Source: Pseudomonadota bacterium (GTDB taxonomy: Bacteria > Bdellovibrionota > Bdellovibrionia > Bdellovibrionales > Bdellovibrionaceae). Taken from it: DNA of 64,000 nt. The notes beneath the pieces were generated by a model. It was given only the letters and a program-made list of their open reading frames with translations. It made no database searches and had not been told where the DNA came from. The translations under genes were made by a program, and so were the position numbers. Numbering within the stretch: position 1 is the stretch's first letter; each line of letters begins with the position of its first letter. This document shows, piece by piece, positions 28,924 to 38,879 of this stretch. Where the stretch lies: assembly GCA_041178425.1 (NCBI GenBank), contig JBEGVH010000026.1, forward strand, positions 35,427 through 99,426, written 5' to 3'.

Positions 28924-29850
28924 TTACTTCATTCCTGCGTAAAAAACGATTCCGTTGCTTTCGCTGGAATCGCAAGTATGCGAGGCTGCCCACGAGCCAA
29001 GAGAGGAATTGACTTTGTAGGCGGCATCAGAATCACCTGATGCCGCTGAGTAGCTGTAAAGATAGTGGTAATTGCAACCGCCATTCAAGTGGTAGTAGGA
29101 GGTGGTGTGGTGGTCGAAACCCGAGGTGGTCGTTAAGCCAAAATCGCCACCATAACCATAATACGAATTGCTCCAGCCGGCATAACCATATGCGGTCGTG
29201 CCGTTGTTGGCAGTGAAGGTCACGTCGTAGTGTCGATCTACAACGCTAACGCTTGTGAGGTTGGAGTCGAAAAAAGCTGAGTTCCATTTGATCCAGGTGC
29301 TATTGTTTCGATAAATGATACTTTGGGTAGAAACAGCAGAGATCGCAGCTTTTTTTGCACGACTTAGATTGTAAGCGCCGTAGGATAAGGGATTGTTGGA
29401 GGTGAGTTCAGAGTCTGAGACGAGGGGATAAGTCCCATCGCTCCCACTGGAGGCATAAAAGATAGTCCAGCCTCCGCCGTCTGTACTCATGTCGCAATAG
29501 ACATTAAATGCAGCCACGCCGCCAGAGCCATCGGGATCGATCGTATAAACACCACTTGTTGAACCTGAAGGGCCATAGGTTTTAATTTCGCTGCATGACT
29601 TGCAGGTAGCAACACTGACGTTGACGGCTGCGTTGGCCGCATTGGCCACAAAGAGATCGTATTCGGCTTGGGTCTTGGTTGGGATAAAAAGGGTTTTGCT
29701 GGCGTTGTTATTAGTAAAAGTTCTACAGGTGCTATAGCCGGGAACGGAGACCTTTCCACTGGGGTTGAGTTTAAACCCTTCAGTGAGGGTGTTGATTCCC
29801 CAGGAGTTCAGCGTGAAGAAAAGCCAGATTGTTACAAAGAGAGACTTCAT
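28924..29850 (-). CDS. Secreted fibrinogen-like (YCDxxxxGGGW) domain protein
   Basis: [16 protein letters not shown]...[13 protein letters not shown]; signal peptide from ATG 29850. Confidence 0.85.
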   Translation of the reverse strand: MKSLFVTIWLFFTLNSWGINTLTEGFKLNPSGKVSVPGYSTCRTFTNNNASKTLFIPTKTQAEYDLFVANAANAAVNVSVATCKSCSEIKTYGPSGSTSGVYTIDPDGSGGVAAFNVYCDMSTDGGGWTIFYASSGSDGTYPLVSDSELTSNNPLSYGAYNLSRAKKAAISAVSTQSIIYRNNSTWIKWNSAFFDSNLTSVSVVDRHYDVTFTANNGTTAYGYAGWSNSYYGYGGDFGLTTTSGFDHHTTSYYHLNGGCNYHYLYSYSAASGDSDAAYKVNSSLGSWAASHTCDSSESNGIVFYAGMK

Positions 29851-29964
29851 AAGTCTAGAATAGTCTATTTGCGTATTGAACCGCAATCTTCTTGTGGGGT
29901 AATTATTTTAAGTGAAGTCAAAGACTTCGTTGTTTTGTTTCGCAAATTTAAGTAAAATTCTATC

Positions 29965-30684
29965 ATGGTTGGGAAGAGTCCGTTAAATCGATGGTCAATG
30001 CTTTTATGGCTTTTATTTTTGCTTGGTTCTTTCGATCCATTGCTCTCGGCGGAGCCTATGGATCCTCTGGCGAATCAGATTGAAACCGATTGGTCTAAGA
30101 CCTATTTTTCGAATCTTTCCAAACAGCAAAAAAAAATATCCTATGAGCAATTATTGAAAAAACTTGATGTTCAACTGAATCAAGCACCAAATAATGCCAG
30201 TTTATGGTTGTGGAAGGGAATCCTAACAGCCAATTATGCGGAGCATGTAGGACCTCTCGATGCTCTGAGCAAGGTAAAAGAGGCAAAAGGTTACTTCGAA
30301 AAATCAAAATCTATCGACCCTAAAGTTTATTATGGTTCCGCCTCGATTAATTTAGGTATTCTCTATACGGAAGTTCCTGGAGGATTAATTTCATTTGGTG
30401 ATCTCGACAAGGCGGAGGAAATGTTTTTGGCGGCAAAGAAGGTCGATCCTAACTCGATTGATTTGAATTTTTATTACGGAAAGCTGCTTGAAAAAAAAGA
30501 AAATTATAGCGGGGCTAAAAAGTTTTATCTTAAAGCGCTCCAACAAAAACCACGAGCCCATCAAACCTTTGCCGATAAGAATTTAAAAGAAGTCGTCAAA
30601 CGCCAACTAGAAAGTTTGCGGGGCAAAACAAACGGTGCAGAGGCTTTCTCAGAGAGCTTGGAATCCTCTGAAGGGCAGCAATAA
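29965..30684 (+). CDS. Secreted TPR protein
   Basis: TPR helices, LYTEVPG..ISFGD..KA motif; signal peptide. Confidence 0.75.
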   Translation: MVGKSPLNRWSMLLWLLFLLGSFDPLLSAEPMDPLANQIETDWSKTYFSNLSKQQKKISYEQLLKKLDVQLNQAPNNASLWLWKGILTANYAEHVGPLDALSKVKEAKGYFEKSKSIDPKVYYGSASINLGILYTEVPGGLISFGDLDKAEEMFLAAKKVDPNSIDLNFYYGKLLEKKENYSGAKKFYLKALQQKPRAHQTFADKNLKEVVKRQLESLRGKTNGAEAFSESLESSEGQQ

Positions 30685-30724
30685 ATTTTGATTGGCGAGA
30701 TTTTCTTCTGATGTTGTTGGTGGA

Positions 30725-31360
30725 TTAGGGACGACTCCACCAGAGAAAATCATAAGGTCCGCCTAAGATTCTAAGGTGTGGAGCTTCATCTGTTAATTCA
30801 AACTTGTTGGCACCCACTGTGTGAGAGGCGGCAATGGCCTTGCCGTCATTCTGGTAAATCACTAAGTTTCCATCACCCTGAAACTGAACCCAACACGGTT
30901 TAACCACGCATCGAGTGGTGGTGTTTGAAGCCCATAGAGGTTGCTGATTCGATTTTCGATAGAGTACCAAATTGCCATCGGCTTGCATCACAAAAATTAA
31001 GTTCTTGGTTTCGATAGATTGACTTTGAGTGAGGCTAAGGCTGCCTTTTGCGTATTGAAGAGAGCTCATCAATGGGGAAGAACTGGGAGGTGGATTGTTG
31101 GATCCACCTGGCGTTGGGTTAGGTGTCGGTGTAGCACTCGGCGTAGGGGTTGCTGTCGCCGTGGCGGTCGGCTGTGGTGTCGTGGTTGGAGTGGGTGTTT
31201 GAGTGGGGTATATGTAGTCTTGACTCTGATCAGACGCCGTTGGATTGAGTGATCGGTCACTTGCTTTGTAATTTTGGCCGCAGGCGGTTCCAATAAATAA
31301 AAATGCTATTAGCGCTGTTCTGGTCATCTTTTTGGTGTTTGTTGATCGCAATTTCTCCAT
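30725..31360 (-). CDS. Lipoprotein with Pro/Thr linker and bulb-type (B) lectin domain
   Basis: GTAC lipobox; (TP)n linker; MQADGNLVLY..PLWASNT and FQGDGNLVIY QxDxNxVxY motifs. Confidence 0.85.
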   Translation of the reverse strand: MEKLRSTNTKKMTRTALIAFLFIGTACGQNYKASDRSLNPTASDQSQDYIYPTQTPTPTTTPQPTATATATPTPSATPTPNPTPGGSNNPPPSSSPLMSSLQYAKGSLSLTQSQSIETKNLIFVMQADGNLVLYRKSNQQPLWASNTTTRCVVKPCWVQFQGDGNLVIYQNDGKAIAASHTVGANKFELTDEAPHLRILGGPYDFLWWSRP

Positions 31361-31392
31361 ACTCTACCTCTCGTCGTTGTTCTTTGTAGGGT

Positions 31393-31407
31393 GCAACGGT
31401 TGAGCCA
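31393..31407 (-). promoter_or_regulatory. Putative sigma54 promoter
   Basis: Minus strand TGGCTC-AACCG-TTGC upstream of ATG 31360. Confidence 0.55.
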
Positions 31408-31559
31408 AAAAATGAGGTCAATTGCGTTTCATAGTGAGACAAAAAACATGAAAGTTCCAAAAATATGTAATTTTAAGATGTAGGTAAAAGTTCCCGCCGT
31501 TTTGCGCATCTTCGTGTCTAACCCCTCGACATCATAGTCGTACGCCAAATGACTGAATG

Positions 31560-31627
31560 TAAGGGACGATCGGGGACTAAGGGACGATCGGGAGGGACGA
31601 TCGGGGACGGAGTCCGACTTCCGTCCC
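31560..31627 (+). repeat. REP-like cluster: three GGGACGATCGGG units followed by a GGGACGGA/TCCGTCCC hairpin
   Basis: Direct repeats start at 31563, 31581 and 31594; hairpin 31604-31627; immediately upstream of the RAYT. Confidence 0.75.
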
Positions 31628-31707
31628 ATCTCCGCACATCTCCCGGACGCCATCTACCCCTAGATTGACTCTCGCCTTGTCACGCAGTTTGCTTCTACAC
31701 CTCCCGC

Positions 31708-32475
31708 ATGAGAATCAATCGCTCCCAACAGCTCTATCCACTCTCTGGCAAAGTTCATCTTTACTGGCGTTGCCACAACAGAGAGTTCTATCTCCAGGCC
31801 AACCATTTCAAAGACATGTACTTTGAGTGTCTCGAACGAGGCCTCGAACACAAACCGTCTATGCATACGTCGAAGCTCAAAGAAAAATGCGTGATTCATG
31901 CTTTCTGTGCGATGAGCAACCATTTTCATCAGGTTGTGGGGTACTCTGATGGTTCCCATCATCTCTCATTGTTGATGAGGCAGCAGCACGCCTTGTTTGG
32001 GATCCGGTACAATCGTTCGAACCGTCGGAGTGGTAAAGTCGCCGAGGGACGCCCCAAAACACCACTCATTCAAAATCCTGACCACGAAATGCGTGTTCAC
32101 TTTTACGTAGAAGCCAACCCAATTCGTGCGGGCTTCCGGAAGCTCGAGAATCTCAAAGACTACGTTTATTCCAGCTATGGCTTTTACGCCTACGGCAAAC
32201 GCACGAAATTCACTCATCTTCTGACGTTTCCAGAATGGTACCTAAGGCTCGGGAAAACATTCCGAGAGCGCCAAGTTCAGTACCGGAAGCTCTTTCGGGC
32301 GTATCTGGGCGAGTACGTTTCAAGTGCCTCGCAAAGATTCAAGAAGGCATTCATTGGCGATGCTCGGTGGATTTTAGAAGTTGTGGCGAGAATAAAAAAA
32401 ACTGCCCTTCACTTAGCAGAGCCACTATCGGCGGCAGAGTTTGAAAGTGCGAGTCGCATCAGCGATTCGACGTAG
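31708..32475 (+). mobile_element. REP-associated tyrosine transposase (RAYT; IS200/Y1 HUH family)
   Basis: HLYWRCHNR, AFCAMSNHFH HUH motif, YVEANPIRAG, YSSY. Confidence 0.88.
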
Positions 32476-32742
32476 AGTGAATCTATCGCTTCTATTTTTA
32501 CGAAATCACCCAGTGAGCGCGAAGAGGGACTGCTCGCAATGGATGGGTGCGTTTGTTTTTTTCAAAAATTGAGAAAATCTGTTTTATATCTTTACATTGG
32601 AATGCAAAAAGTTCTTTCGCCAAGGTGAGGCAGTGAAAGTTCAGGGGTATCTTTTAGATTGAGCCAGCGGCTTGAGTAGAATCGTGCTGAAATGAAGTAA
32701 TTTTCAGATTTGAGCCTGAAATTTGTGAAAATTAAGGATGAT

Positions 32743-32755
32743 GGACTCCGTCCCC
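32743..32755 (-). repeat. Downstream REP-like copy, exact inverted repeat of 31603-31615
   Basis: GGACTCCGTCCCC is the reverse complement of GGGGACGGAGTCC. Confidence 0.7.
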
Positions 32756-32777
32756 ATTCTCTGGTACTATTTGGTTT

Positions 32778-34277
32778 ATGCTTAAGGACACGACTCCAGC
32801 TACTCTTAAAGCCGTACTTGTAGGTATTCAGTTGCCCAAGATGACTCCGACCGAATTAGACAGTTCACTGCAGGAGCTTTCTCGGCTGGTAACAACTCTC
32901 GGGTATCGGGTTGTTGGTAAAGTCACGCAAAAGAGGCCCTCGGAGCGAGCCGCTAATCTTCTCGGTGATGGTAAGTTAGAAGAGTTGGCACGCTGGACGG
33001 GTGGCAGTGGCAAGGTGGCCTCGCTTGTCGAACATAAAAAATCAAAGGCGGCTCTTAAATGGGAGCAAGAAGCATCAGAAATAGACTCAGAAGATTACGA
33101 CCTCGCCACGGAAGAAGTGCAAACTCCCTTTATGGGTGACTCACTCGCTGACGACACCGTCACCCTCGAAGAGTTGACTGCCGGCGAAGATGAACCTGAA
33201 TCGGAACAATCTATTTCTGATCAAGCCACCATCGTGATCTGTGATTGTGAGCTCTCTCCTTCGCAATTAAGAAACTTAGAAAGCGCCACCGGAGTTCCTG
33301 TGTTGGATCGCACGGGCGTGATCATCGAGATTTTTAGCCGACATGCGCGAACGAAGGCGGCCCGGCTGCAAGTTGAAATCGCAAGGCTCTCCTATGTTGC
33401 TCCTCGCATCCGCGAGACTGGTGGCGGTGGAGATCGTACGGGTGGAGGCATCGGCGGAAAAGGCTCTGGAGAATCAAGCCTCGAACTTGATAAACGAAAA
33501 ATCCGTGATCGCATTAAAGAACTTAAAACAGAATTAGCATCGATGAGCAACGAGCACTCCGTTCGTCGAGCCCGTCGCAGCCAAGAGATTAGTGTAGCCT
33601 TAGTCGGCTATACTAATGCTGGTAAATCGTCGCTGATGAGAGCTTTGACTGGCAGTGAAATTCTAGTGGCCGATAAGTTGTTTGCAACTCTAGACACCAC
33701 CGTGCGCGCGCTCTATCCCGAATCTCGCCCCAGAATTCTTGTTTCAGATACGGTTGGCTTTATAAAAAAACTTCCTCACGATTTGGTGGCCTCTTTTAAA
33801 TCAACTCTCGATGAAGCTCATCATGCATCATTGCTTTTGTTTGTGGTGGATGGCTCGGATCCCTCCTTCCGTTCGCAATTAGAGGTCAGTCAAAATGTTT
33901 TGGCGGAGGTCGGCGCGACAGAGGTTCCTTCTCTTTTGGTCATCAATAAGAGTGATCGAATCCCGGACGACGAGCAAATAGCACTGTCTCAAGAATTTCC
34001 TGAAGCTATAATCATTTCAACCCAAGCAAAAGACGATGTAACACGTCTGCGCGAGAAAATTCTCAGTTACTTCGAAACAGACATGATTGATGCCGATTTG
34101 TTTATTCCCTATCTTGCCCAAGGCATTGTTGGCGATGTCCGGAATCGTGTGCGAGTGCTTTCAGAATCCTATGATGAATTTGGAGTGACTCTTCGATTGC
34201 GGGTCTATCCTGATCTCTTTGAGGAGTTTGTGAAGCGGGTTAAGAACGCTAGACGCTCAAACGACGATTCTATCTGA
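32778..34277 (+). CDS. hflX: GTPase HflX
   Basis: LDRTGVIIEIFSRHA, LQVEIA, VGYTNAGKS, LFATLDTT, DTVGFI, NKSD. Confidence 0.95.
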   Translation: MLKDTTPATLKAVLVGIQLPKMTPTELDSSLQELSRLVTTLGYRVVGKVTQKRPSERAANLLGDGKLEELARWTGGSGKVASLVEHKKSKAALKWEQEASEIDSEDYDLATEEVQTPFMGDSLADDTVTLEELTAGEDEPESEQSISDQATIVICDCELSPSQLRNLESATGVPVLDRTGVIIEIFSRHARTKAARLQVEIARLSYVAPRIRETGGGGDRTGGGIGGKGSGESSLELDKRKIRDRIKELKTELASMSNEHSVRRARRSQEISVALVGYTNAGKSSLMRALTGSEILVADKLFATLDTTVRALYPESRPRILVSDTVGFIKKLPHDLVASFKSTLDEAHHASLLLFVVDGSDPSFRSQLEVSQNVLAEVGATEVPSLLVINKSDRIPDDEQIALSQEFPEAIIISTQAKDDVTRLREKILSYFETDMIDADLFIPYLAQGIVGDVRNRVRVLSESYDEFGVTLRLRVYPDLFEEFVKRVKNARRSNDDSI

Positions 34278-34325
34278 TAAGAAAAAATAATTGTCTCCCT
34301 CAATACAATTTAGTTACGATACATT

Positions 34326-34742
34326 ATGAGTTTACGATTGCGTGCATCCACCATAGTTGTTCATGAAGGCAAGCTTTTAACCTTTTTAGCAGTCGATCCT
34401 CACGACGGCAGAGAGTTTTACTTTCTTCCGGGGGGCAAGATCGAGGGCGGAGAAACTGCTCCAGAAGCAGCTATTCGTGAAACTTTAGAGGAAACTGGCT
34501 ACACGATTGAGGTCGACACCTCGTCGTGTGTTGATTATGAGTACGAATTTTTCTGGAATGGTTCCAATCATCATTGTCTCACTGTTTTTTATCGCGGAAC
34601 TATCATTGATCCGATGGCTGAGCCTCAGGCAGTGGCGGAGTGTGACTATCATAAGGCTGTGGTTTGGCTTCCGCTGAAGGACGTTCGTTCAAAAATCAAT
34701 TACAGTGGACCTATTCTCGAGGCGATTTTTCAACTTCTTTAG
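34326..34742 (+). CDS. NUDIX hydrolase
   Basis: GGKIEGGETAPEAAIRETLEETGY Nudix box. Confidence 0.93.
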   Translation: MSLRLRASTIVVHEGKLLTFLAVDPHDGREFYFLPGGKIEGGETAPEAAIRETLEETGYTIEVDTSSCVDYEYEFFWNGSNHHCLTVFYRGTIIDPMAEPQAVAECDYHKAVVWLPLKDVRSKINYSGPILEAIFQLL

Positions 34743-34792
34743 GTGGAGTTCTTGTGAGGGGCGGGTTTATATTTGCCTTTTGCTAGCCCTTA

Positions 34793-35608
34793 ATGAATCA
34801 TTTAAATATGCTTAGATTCGCTCTGGTTCTTTCATTGTTCTTGAGTTCTTCCCTGTGGGCTAAATCCGACTATAATGAAGCACTCCTTCGAATCGTAAGG
34901 CAGATGCCCAAAGGCGGAGGCTATGACGCCAGCGATTCGACAATAAGAACTTTAGAGTCTTCCATGATCATGGCAAAAGAGGCCGCCCACTCCACAATCA
35001 ATGTAAATCCCGAAAAAGCTTCACCAAGTTTTTGCAGCGGAGCCACATACACGGCCTTCCTGCAGTTGCTTTCAGTGCTGCAGAAGCAGGATGGACTCGC
35101 GCTTTCCGATGAAGTGCAGAAGTTGTTATTAGTCAGTGGACAACCTGATGGCAGTGGAGTGTGGGGGCGTTGGAACGCGAATGGCCCTGGAACCGCACGT
35201 TTGTTTTTTGAATTAGGTTTGGGGCGAAACTTCACCATGGAAAAGCTCTCAGAGGCGAAACCTGGAGATTTTCTAAAGATCTTTTGGAACGACGAAATAG
35301 GGGCTAAAGAGCAGGGGCACTCTGTTATTTTTACGGGTCTTCGTCAGAAGGAGCTTGTCCGTGAACTCTGTTTCTGGTCGAGCAACAAGCCAAGCCTAGA
35401 GAGTTCGGAGGGCGGGCGAGGAGAAAAATGTGTCAATGTTGCAAAAATTCGTTTTGGTCTCTTCTCTCGCTTAGAGCACCCCGAACGCTTGGCTGATGTT
35501 CCAGAGAAAATGGGTTTAAGAACGAAAAAATACGTTGATAGCTACTTGCAATCTATGCTCAAAGAAACCTCTTCCCAAAGAGAGGTTTGTGAAAAAGTTG
35601 GATGTTAA
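34793..35608 (+). CDS. Secreted protein, possible papain-like (NlpC/P60-superfamily) hydrolase
   Basis: Signal peptide; FCSG...PGDF...GHSVIF arrangement of Cys and His. Confidence 0.5.
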   Translation: MNHLNMLRFALVLSLFLSSSLWAKSDYNEALLRIVRQMPKGGGYDASDSTIRTLESSMIMAKEAAHSTINVNPEKASPSFCSGATYTAFLQLLSVLQKQDGLALSDEVQKLLLVSGQPDGSGVWGRWNANGPGTARLFFELGLGRNFTMEKLSEAKPGDFLKIFWNDEIGAKEQGHSVIFTGLRQKELVRELCFWSSNKPSLESSEGGRGEKCVNVAKIRFGLFSRLEHPERLADVPEKMGLRTKKYVDSYLQSMLKETSSQREVCEKVGC

Positions 35609-35617
35609 CCAAGAAGC

Positions 35618-36106
35618 TTACTTTTGAATGGGAACTAGCACGGTCACTTCGACTTCGTCTTTGACTCCCACAGAGAGATAACGAATTTTTTCTATCGCAA
35701 AATCAGAAAGATTTAATTTAAATTGTGCTGAAATATGATCTTTTTCGATGGAGTAAGTGCCAGAGATCGGTTTCTCAATATTTTTGATTTTGATAGTTCC
35801 TTTGCCTTGCCCTGCCGATCCCTCCCCGGTGAGAAGTGTGACCGTCGGGTATTTGTCAGATTCTAATCTCTCGAGCATATGTTTGTCTCTGAGGTTGATT
35901 CCTGTTTTGAGTGATTGAGTAGGAATGCTTATGCTGGTGGCCTTGACCGTGTTACCCTGAACACTGGCACTGCCCTCAACCGATTCACCCTTGATGACAA
36001 AAGAACCAGCAGGCGATAGCTTAACACTGATTTCAACAGGCGCGGCATCAAGAGAAAGGCTTGCGCCCCAAATTACTAGTAGTATAGCTTTAGCAAAGTA
36101 TTTCAT
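35618..36106 (-). CDS. YceI family protein
   Basis: SLKTGINLRDKHM motif; signal peptide. Confidence 0.88.
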   Translation of the reverse strand: MKYFAKAILLVIWGASLSLDAAPVEISVKLSPAGSFVIKGESVEGSASVQGNTVKATSISIPTQSLKTGINLRDKHMLERLESDKYPTVTLLTGEGSAGQGKGTIKIKNIEKPISGTYSIEKDHISAQFKLNLSDFAIEKIRYLSVGVKDEVEVTVLVPIQK

Positions 36107-36129
36107 TGTTCATCCTCGTTAGGACGAAC

Positions 36130-36999
36130 TTACTCCTCATTCAAAAAAAAGTCGACAATCATTTGCGAAACATCGGGGCCTCGGGGTGAAAAAAAATTAA
36201 GGGGTTGTGATCCACTCCAATCGTGATTCATGCCTACCACATAAAGCGTTTGGCCCACCATTGATCCATTTTTATAAAAGTATTCTCGTCGGTAACCAAG
36301 GCGGTGTACGGAGTTGCGAATGCGTTCTACCTTCTTAGAGGTGCCCTGGAGGTAGTCTTTTTTAAGTGCGGAAAAATGCCGTGGATTCATGACCGGGTCG
36401 TTAGACCCTTGAGCAAGAAAAATTTTTCCTTGATAATTGGTTGGAAGACAGGTCAAGTTTCGCGGCCTTGTGGGGTTGGGTCCTAGTGAAGCGGTTCGAA
36501 GGCCCTCTTGCCAATCCGAAACGAGGCCATATCCCATGCCAGAATGGATCGCAGCACCAGCAAAATAGTCTGGATAGCAACTTGTCAAAACACTGATAAG
36601 CGAGCCACCAGCCGACATTCCAAGAAGGTAGATTTTTCTTTCGTCAATGTCGTATCGTTTTAGCAGATCATCCACTTTGCGGATGATTGCGGCGGCATCC
36701 CCACCTCCGGGAGATTGAGCCTCTGGCATATAAAAATTAAAACAGCCCTGAGAGTCAGAACCCAATTCGGGTTCTGGGTAGTAAACATAAAACCCGTTTT
36801 TTTCACCAAATTCTGTCATGCGAGTCGTTCGTTCGGCCTCGCTAGCATCGGTCATGCAGCCATGAAGGGCAATGAAGAGAGGAGCACGACGTTGAGGTTT
36901 GCTAGGGATTACTAATTTGTCTTTGGCGAAACCGTGAGTCGTCATAAAGCTTAGGCCTAGAGCTAATAAAGTTATTTTAGCCAGGGACTTGGTGTTCAT
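36130..36999 (-). CDS. Secreted PHB-depolymerase family esterase
   Basis: LHGC, YYPE, CFNF, GMSAGG, QGSNDPV, GMNHDWSG. Confidence 0.85.
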   Translation of the reverse strand: MNTKSLAKITLLALGLSFMTTHGFAKDKLVIPSKPQRRAPLFIALHGCMTDASEAERTTRMTEFGEKNGFYVYYPEPELGSDSQGCFNFYMPEAQSPGGGDAAAIIRKVDDLLKRYDIDERKIYLLGMSAGGSLISVLTSCYPDYFAGAAIHSGMGYGLVSDWQEGLRTASLGPNPTRPRNLTCLPTNYQGKIFLAQGSNDPVMNPRHFSALKKDYLQGTSKKVERIRNSVHRLGYRREYFYKNGSMVGQTLYVVGMNHDWSGSQPLNFFSPRGPDVSQMIVDFFLNEE

Positions 37000-37187
37000 C
37001 TTGGATCCTCCTTCTTCGGCTTTATGCTTCGTTTGACGTCAAGCAAGGCCTCTTAAGAGTTTCGGATCCCCGGTTGAAAATCTAGAGCTCTAAATTTGAA
37101 AAATAGTTCTCTTATCGGTCTCTCGATGTTGTTCCGTAGCAAGGTCGGGGTTGCAAGCTTAATCTAAAACAGATAAGACTAAGGTCT

Positions 37188-38813
37188 ATGATACATTTTT
37201 CTAAAGTAACGAAGCAGTATGGTCCTCGTGTTCTCTATCGGAATGCGTCTTTTCAGATTAATCCTGGTGAAAAAATTGGCCTTGTCGGGCCGAATGGCGC
37301 CGGTAAAACCACTATCTTCCGCATACTCAGCGGCGAAGAAGGATATGATGCAGGGAGTGTTTCCAAGCCTGATCGTGTGGTCGTCGGTTATTTTTCTCAG
37401 AATATCGAGGAAATGGCCGGTCGCTCGGTGTTGGAAGAAGTAATGACGGCGAATCCTTCTTTTCCTAAATTGCAAAAGCGAATCAAAGAAATTGAGAAAA
37501 CTTTAGAACTCTCAGCAGAAACGCCTATCAGCGATGATGAAATGACGAAAATTCTGGAAGAGTATGGCGAGGCCCAATCAGAATTTGAACGCATGGGCGG
37601 CTATGATATGGAAGCCAGGGCCGCAGAGATTTTAACTGGCCTTGGATTCCCTCCGGAGGATCATCATCGGCCCACCGAGAGTTATTCGGGCGGATGGAAA
37701 ATGAGAATCGCCCTTTCAAAAATCCTCCTCTTGAATCCCGATGTTCTTCTGATGGACGAACCAACCAATCATTTGGACATGGAGTCGATCATTTGGCTCG
37801 AAGAGTGGTTAGCTAACTTTCAAGGATCTCTCTTGATGACGAGTCACGATAGAGATTTTATGAATCGATTGGTTTCCAAAATAGTAGAGGTCGCCAATCA
37901 AGCGGTAACCGTCTACGGTGGAAACTACGATTTCTACGATCGCGAAAGATTGATTCGTCGCGAGCAGCTCGTGGCAGCCGCTCGTCGCCAAGAAGAGATG
38001 TTAGCAAAAGAAGAAGAGTTCATTGCTCGATTTGCGGCACGGGCCTCTCATGCGGCTCAGGTTCAATCTCGGGTTAAGAAGATTGAAAAAATTGATCGTA
38101 TTGAAATTCCAACTGAAGAGTCAGTTATAAAATTCCAATGGCCGGAACCTCCTCGGGGCGGTGATGAAGTTGTTAAATTTGAAGGGCTTGGAAAATCTTG
38201 GGTCAAAGAAAACGGAGAAGCCAAAGAGGTTTTCAAGAATGCAAAGGGGCTTGTTAAACGATTGGACCGCGTGGCCGTCGTGGGCGTGAATGGCGCGGGC
38301 AAATCTACTTTGCTCAAGATTATTGCTGGGCACACGGAGCCAACGGAAGGATCGTTCAGTGTCGGTGGGTCAATAAAACTGGCTTATTTTTCTCAAAATT
38401 CCCTCGATGTTCTTAATCCTAAATCGACTATTCTTGAAGAGGTTCAACATCGTATGCCCACGGCGGGGCTTGGAACTATTCGCAGTCTTTTGGGTGCCTT
38501 TAAGTTTTCGGGAGAAGATGCTGAAAAGAAAATCGAAATTCTATCGGGCGGAGAAAAGAGTCGTGTTGTACTTGCATGTATGCTAGCTCAGGCGCCGAAT
38601 CTTCTTGTGCTCGACGAACCAACAAACCATCTTGATATTGCTTCGAGAGAAGTTCTTTTAGAAGCGATTAAAGAGTTTCCAGGAACTGTGGTGATCGTGA
38701 GCCACGATCGTTATTTTCTTCGAGAAATCACGACAAAGGTTTTTGAACTTGATCGCCATGTTCTGAATGTGATCGAGGGAGACTGGTCGTACTATTTAAG
38801 TAAACGAGCTTAG
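37188..38813 (+). CDS. ABC-F family ATP-binding protein
   Basis: Two ABC domains (GPNGAGKT, SGGW, DEPTNHLD; GVNGAGKS, LSGGE), no TM segments. Confidence 0.95.
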   Translation: MIHFSKVTKQYGPRVLYRNASFQINPGEKIGLVGPNGAGKTTIFRILSGEEGYDAGSVSKPDRVVVGYFSQNIEEMAGRSVLEEVMTANPSFPKLQKRIKEIEKTLELSAETPISDDEMTKILEEYGEAQSEFERMGGYDMEARAAEILTGLGFPPEDHHRPTESYSGGWKMRIALSKILLLNPDVLLMDEPTNHLDMESIIWLEEWLANFQGSLLMTSHDRDFMNRLVSKIVEVANQAVTVYGGNYDFYDRERLIRREQLVAAARRQEEMLAKEEEFIARFAARASHAAQVQSRVKKIEKIDRIEIPTEESVIKFQWPEPPRGGDEVVKFEGLGKSWVKENGEAKEVFKNAKGLVKRLDRVAVVGVNGAGKSTLLKIIAGHTEPTEGSFSVGGSIKLAYFSQNSLDVLNPKSTILEEVQHRMPTAGLGTIRSLLGAFKFSGEDAEKKIEILSGGEKSRVVLACMLAQAPNLLVLDEPTNHLDIASREVLLEAIKEFPGTVVIVSHDRYFLREITTKVFELDRHVLNVIEGDWSYYLSKRA

Positions 38814-38846
38814 GTCTAAAAAAGCCGTTGACGGTGAGTTTAAATC

Positions 38847-38877
38847 AAAAAAAAGGCCCTGGTTGGGGCCTTTTTTT
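38847..38877. terminator. Bidirectional intrinsic terminator
   Basis: A8-GGCCCT-ggtt-GGGGCC-T7 between convergent genes. Confidence 0.8.
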
Positions 38878-38879
38878 AT

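Noticed and set aside
31080..31210. Low-complexity repeat DNA
   Set aside because: Simply encodes the Pro/Thr linker of the B-lectin lipoprotein
31560..31627. Possible mini-CRISPR array
   Set aside because: Units are only 12-18 bp with 1-6 nt gaps, no unique spacers and no cas genes; better explained as RAYT-associated repeats
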